DNA of 27,317 nt from Gemmatimonadaceae bacterium (GTDB lineage: Bacteria > Gemmatimonadota > Gemmatimonadetes > Gemmatimonadales > Gemmatimonadaceae), in contig JBBDYC010000010.1 in the NCBI GenBank assembly GCA_040901985.1, positions 47,081 through 74,397 of the forward strand. Direction: 5' to 3'. The first letter of the stretch is position 1; every line of letters starts with the position of its first letter. Position numbers and translations under genes: made by a program. This document shows, in pieces, positions 25,479 through 27,317 of this stretch. A model generated the notes under the pieces. The model was not told where the DNA came from. It saw only the letters and a program-made list of their open reading frames with translations, and ran no database searches.

Positions 25479-27317
25479 GTGCGCCTGGATCCGCGGCTGA
25501 CGTTCGAGCGGTTGGTGGTCGGGGCGGCGAACCGGATGGCCGCCGCCGCCGCGCGCGCGGTGGCCGAGGCGCCGGGCACGACCTACAACCCGCTCTTCAT
25601 CTACGGCGGATCGGGCCTCGGCAAGACGCACGTGCTCACCGCGACGGCGCATCTGCTCACCGCGCTGCAGCCGGCGGCCGAGGTGCTGGCGATGACGCTC
25701 GACGAGTTCTCCGAGCAGTTTCACGCCGCGGTGAGCGCCGGCGAGACGACGTCCTTCGGCGGCCGCCTGGCACGGGTGGACCTTCTCCTGCTCGACGACC
25801 TGCAGTTCGTGACCGGCCGGCGGGAGATGCAGGCCGAGCTGCTGCGGCTGTTCACGACGATGCAGGAGGAGGGCCGCCAGATCGTCTGCGCGTGCGACCG
25901 GCCGCCGGCCGAGATCGCCGATGTGGACGAACGGCTGATCGGCCGCCTGGCCGGGGGCCTCGTGGTGGACGTCGGCCTCCCCGAATACGAGACGCGCGTC
26001 GCGATCCTCCGCGCCGCCTGCGCCGAGCGGGAGATCGAGGCGCCCGAGGAGACGCTCGCCGCGCTCGCCGAGCGCGAAGTCGCGAGCGTGCGCGAGCTCC
26101 AGGGGCGCCTCAACGCCTGGGTCGCGCAGGACGCGATGGGCGCGCGTCCGGGTGCCGCACCGACGCCGACACCGGGCGACACCGCCGCGCTGCGGCCGTC
26201 GGGCGAGTTCCAGAGCTTCCTCTCCGACGTCGCGGCGGTGGTGCAACAGCAGGTCGAGTCGTGGCAGGTGCGTCTGCGCGAGGTGATCGCCTACTGGAGG
26301 GGCGAGGGATACCGGACCGCTGTACTGGAGCGGGCGCTTGGCCTGCCGAAGGACCCCGACGTCCAGGCGCTGGTGGCGATGTACGTGCAGGCGGTGGACC
26401 ACCTGCGCGCGCTCGAGGCCGAGGCGACGACGGTGGACCGCGCGCTTGGCGGCCACGAGCTCTTCCGCGACCCCGAACGGCTGAAGGAGGCGGAGGACCT
26501 GCTCGAGAAGGCGCTCGCCGGCGAAATGCCGCCTGGCGGCCCGAACCCCGCGTTCACGCGCGACGGCTTCGAGCTGGGCACGGCCAACCAACTCGCGGTG
26601 CATTCGGCCGACGCGGTGATCGCGGCGCCGGCGACGCGCTACAACCCGCTCCTCATCACCGGCCCGAGCGGGGTCGGGAAGACCCACCTCCTGCACGCAA
26701 TCGGGAACGCGATCGCGATCGCGTCGGAGGGGCGGATTGCCGTCGCCTGCGTGCACGCGCAGACGCTGGTGGACGAGTTGATCGCGGCAATCCAGGGCGG
26801 GACGGTGGAACGGTGGCGGTCGCGCTACCGCGCGGCCGGCGCGCTGTTGGTGGACGACGTCCAGTTCCTCGCCGGCAAGGAACGCACGCAGGACGAGTTC
26901 TTTTTCGTCTTCAACGCGCTCGCCGAGGAGGGCAAGCAGATCGTCCTCTCGAGCGACCGGCTGCCATCGGAGATCCCCGACCTGGCGGCGCGGCTTCGGT
27001 CGCGCTTCGAGGGCGGGCTGGTGGCGGAGATACAGTCCCCGGACCGCGCACTGCGCGAGAAGCTCGCGTCGCGCTTCCTGGCCGGCCTTGGCCGGCCGGC
27101 GCCGCCGGAACTGCTCGACGTGGTCTGCGACTCGCCGGTGCAGAGCGTGCGCGAGCTGATCGGGCTGGTGAATCGGCTCGCCGCGGCGGCCGACGCGCGC
27201 GGGATGGGTCTCGACGCGGCGCTGGCGCGCGACGAACTCGGACTCGGCGCCCCCGCGCCCGCCCCCCAGGCGCCCCCCGCCGCCCCCCCCCCCCCGCCCC
27301 CCCCCCGCCCCCCCCCC
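25479..27317 (+). CDS. 3'-truncated protein with two tandem DnaA/Hda-type AAA+ domains (about 600 aa or more); absent from the ORF track
   Basis: GTG 1 nt after the mglA stop; hand translation shows the frame open to the window end. Module 1: YNPLFIYGGSGLGKTH, LLLDDLQF, CDRPP, ERLIGRL, SVRELQG. Module 2: YNPLLITGPSGVGKTHLL, LLVDDVQFLAGKERTQDEF, SDRLP, RLRSRFEGGL, SVRELIG. Confidence 0.88.
   Translation, partial: MRLDPRLTFERLVVGAANRMAAAAARAVAEAPGTTYNPLFIYGGSGLGKTHVLTATAHLLTALQPAAEVLAMTLDEFSEQFHAAVSAGETTSFGGRLARVDLLLLDDLQFVTGRREMQAELLRLFTTMQEEGRQIVCACDRPPAEIADVDERLIGRLAGGLVVDVGLPEYETRVAILRAACAEREIEAPEETLAALAEREVASVRELQGRLNAWVAQDAMGARPGAAPTPTPGDTAALRPSGEFQSFLSDVAAVVQQQVESWQVRLREVIAYWRGEGYRTAVLERALGLPKDPDVQALVAMYVQAVDHLRALEAEATTVDRALGGHELFRDPERLKEAEDLLEKALAGEMPPGGPNPAFTRDGFELGTANQLAVHSADAVIAAPATRYNPLLITGPSGVGKTHLLHAIGNAIAIASEGRIAVACVHAQTLVDELIAAIQGGTVERWRSRYRAAGALLVDDVQFLAGKERTQDEFFFVFNALAEEGKQIVLSSDRLPSEIPDLAARLRSRFEGGLVAEIQSPDRALREKLASRFLAGLGRPAPPELLDVVCDSPVQSVRELIGLVNRLAAAADARGMGLDAALARDELGLGAPAPAPQAPPAAPPPPPPPRPPP
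27249..27317. repeat. C-rich low-complexity contig end; Pro/Ala linker and/or artefact
   Basis: Runs of up to about 13 C at the window end. Confidence 0.55.

Noticed and set aside
25479..27317. Canonical chromosomal dnaA marking oriC
   Set aside because: No domain I/II, a duplicated ATPase, no domain IV after module 1, no upstream DnaA-box region (1-nt gap to mglA), and no dnaN or rpmH context visible.
1..27317. CRISPR array, tRNA/rRNA, transposase, integrase or phage genes
   Set aside because: None seen; the window is almost fully occupied by identifiable CDSs.

Overview
A 27.3-kb, very GC-rich bacterial contig whose ends are both gene-truncated and poly-C-rich. Gene order and content suggest Gemmatimonadota, but that is an inference. 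There are four blocks. (1) 1-2887: a partial surface-structure cluster with an usher-like or SdrD-B outer-membrane protein, a lipoprotein and two pilin-like secreted proteins. (2) 2998-5778, minus strand: a PfpI protein, an AT-rich palindromic spacer, an HtpX-like protease, LemA and an unannotated 58-aa membrane protein. (3) 5844-16012: housekeeping genes tilS-hpt-ftsH and yggS-divIVA-ileS-dksA/traR-lspA-rluD; IleRS carries a non-canonical GIHH motif. (4) About 15987 to the window end: a tightly coupled putative operon of cheW-cheY-cheA-cheC, a 907-aa TPR protein, a DUF4388 protein with an MshEN-like motif, a TPR-Roadblock fusion, a Roadblock protein, mglB, mglA and an ORF missing from the ORF track. 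That last ORF encodes two tandem, apparently intact DnaA-type AAA+ modules without the DnaA N-terminal domains. Block 4 is the best candidate for an undescribed system: a receptor-less chemosensory pathway plus a small-GTPase polarity switch, linked to a duplicated DnaA-like ATPase. All calls come from reading motifs by eye; no searches were run.
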